Origin: Eledone cirrhosa
Lineage: Eukaryota
Reading direction: 5' to 3'
Length of the DNA stretch: 64,000 nucleotides
NCBI GenBank assembly: GCA_964016885.1
Contig: OZ024741.1
Coordinates: 263,128,001-263,192,000 of the forward strand
Under the pieces are notes generated by a model. The model saw nothing but the letters and a program-made list of their open reading frames with translations. It was not told the DNA's origin and searched no databases. Numbering within the stretch: the stretch's first letter is position 1; each line of letters opens with the position of its first letter. Position numbers and translations under genes: made by a program. Positions 63,420-64,000 of this stretch are shown in pieces.

Positions 63420-64000
63420 TGCGGTAAGGTGTTGTTGTTATTGTTGTTATAGCAGTGTTGTGTTGTTGTTTAATGGTGGTGGTTGTTATTGTTGTAGCAG
63501 TGCAATGCTGTGTTGTTGTAGTTGTTATTGTTAATGGTGGTGGTGGTAATGATGGTTGTAGTGCTGTGTTGTGTTGTTCTTGTTGTTAGTGCAATGTTGT
63601 GTTGTTGTTTTCTACTGTTTCTGCGGCTGTTGTTGGTGCCGGTAGCGGTGATGCTGCTGTTGTTGTTAGTGTTTGTAGTAGTGCTGTTGTTGATGGTGGT
63701 GATGGTGTCTATAGTGTTGTTGTTGTTAGTATTTGTAGTAGTGCTGTTGTTGATGGTGATGGTGTCTATAGTTTTGTTGTTGTTAGTGTTTGTAGTAGTG
63801 CTGTTGTTGATGGTGATGGTGTCTATAGTGTTGTTGTTGTTAGTATTTGTAGTAGTGCTGTTGTTGATGGTGATGGTGTCTATAGTGTTGTTGTTGTTGT
63901 TAGTATTTGTAGTAGTGCTGTTGTTGTTAGTGTTTGTAGTAGTGCTGTTGTTGATGGTGATGGTGTCTATAGTGTTGTTGTTAGTATTTGTAGTAGTGCT
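63420..64000. repeat. (GTT/GGT/AGT)n low-complexity tandem array
   Basis: Recurring tgtagtagtgctgttgttgatggtgatggtgtctatagtgttgttgttgttagt. Confidence 0.9.

Overview
Eukaryotic, extremely repeat-rich animal DNA. The mix of (TA)n/(CA)n/(GA)n microsatellites, RTE LINEs with (GAT)n tails and tRNA-derived SINEs resembles a coleoid cephalopod (Octopus-like) genome; that assignment is inference. No intact protein-coding gene is visible, and most ORFs in the track are microsatellite or satellite artefacts. Supported features: several truncated RTE LINEs whose RT region carries a PHD-like finger; RTEX and CRE LINE remnants; a full-length but mutated DD37D (maT) Tc1/mariner transposon; a young non-coding Gypsy-type LTR element (identical 369-bp LTRs, tRNA-Trp PBS, 4-bp TSD); non-autonomous Helitrons, MITEs and SINEs; a decayed tRNA-Glu(TTC); a ~1.35-kb palindrome; many satellites; and a few candidate minus-strand host exons. 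The most striking hidden signal is a dense population of short non-coding elements, mostly inside (TA)n tracts, that carry minimal type-I hammerhead ribozymes (CTGATGA...GAAA...TH). They belong to several sequence families, usually sit as inverted repeats with a one-sided tail, and look like Penelope pseudo-LTR or retrozyme-like units. Several have palindromic (dimer-type) stem III, U.U-closed stem II or a flipped central spacer.
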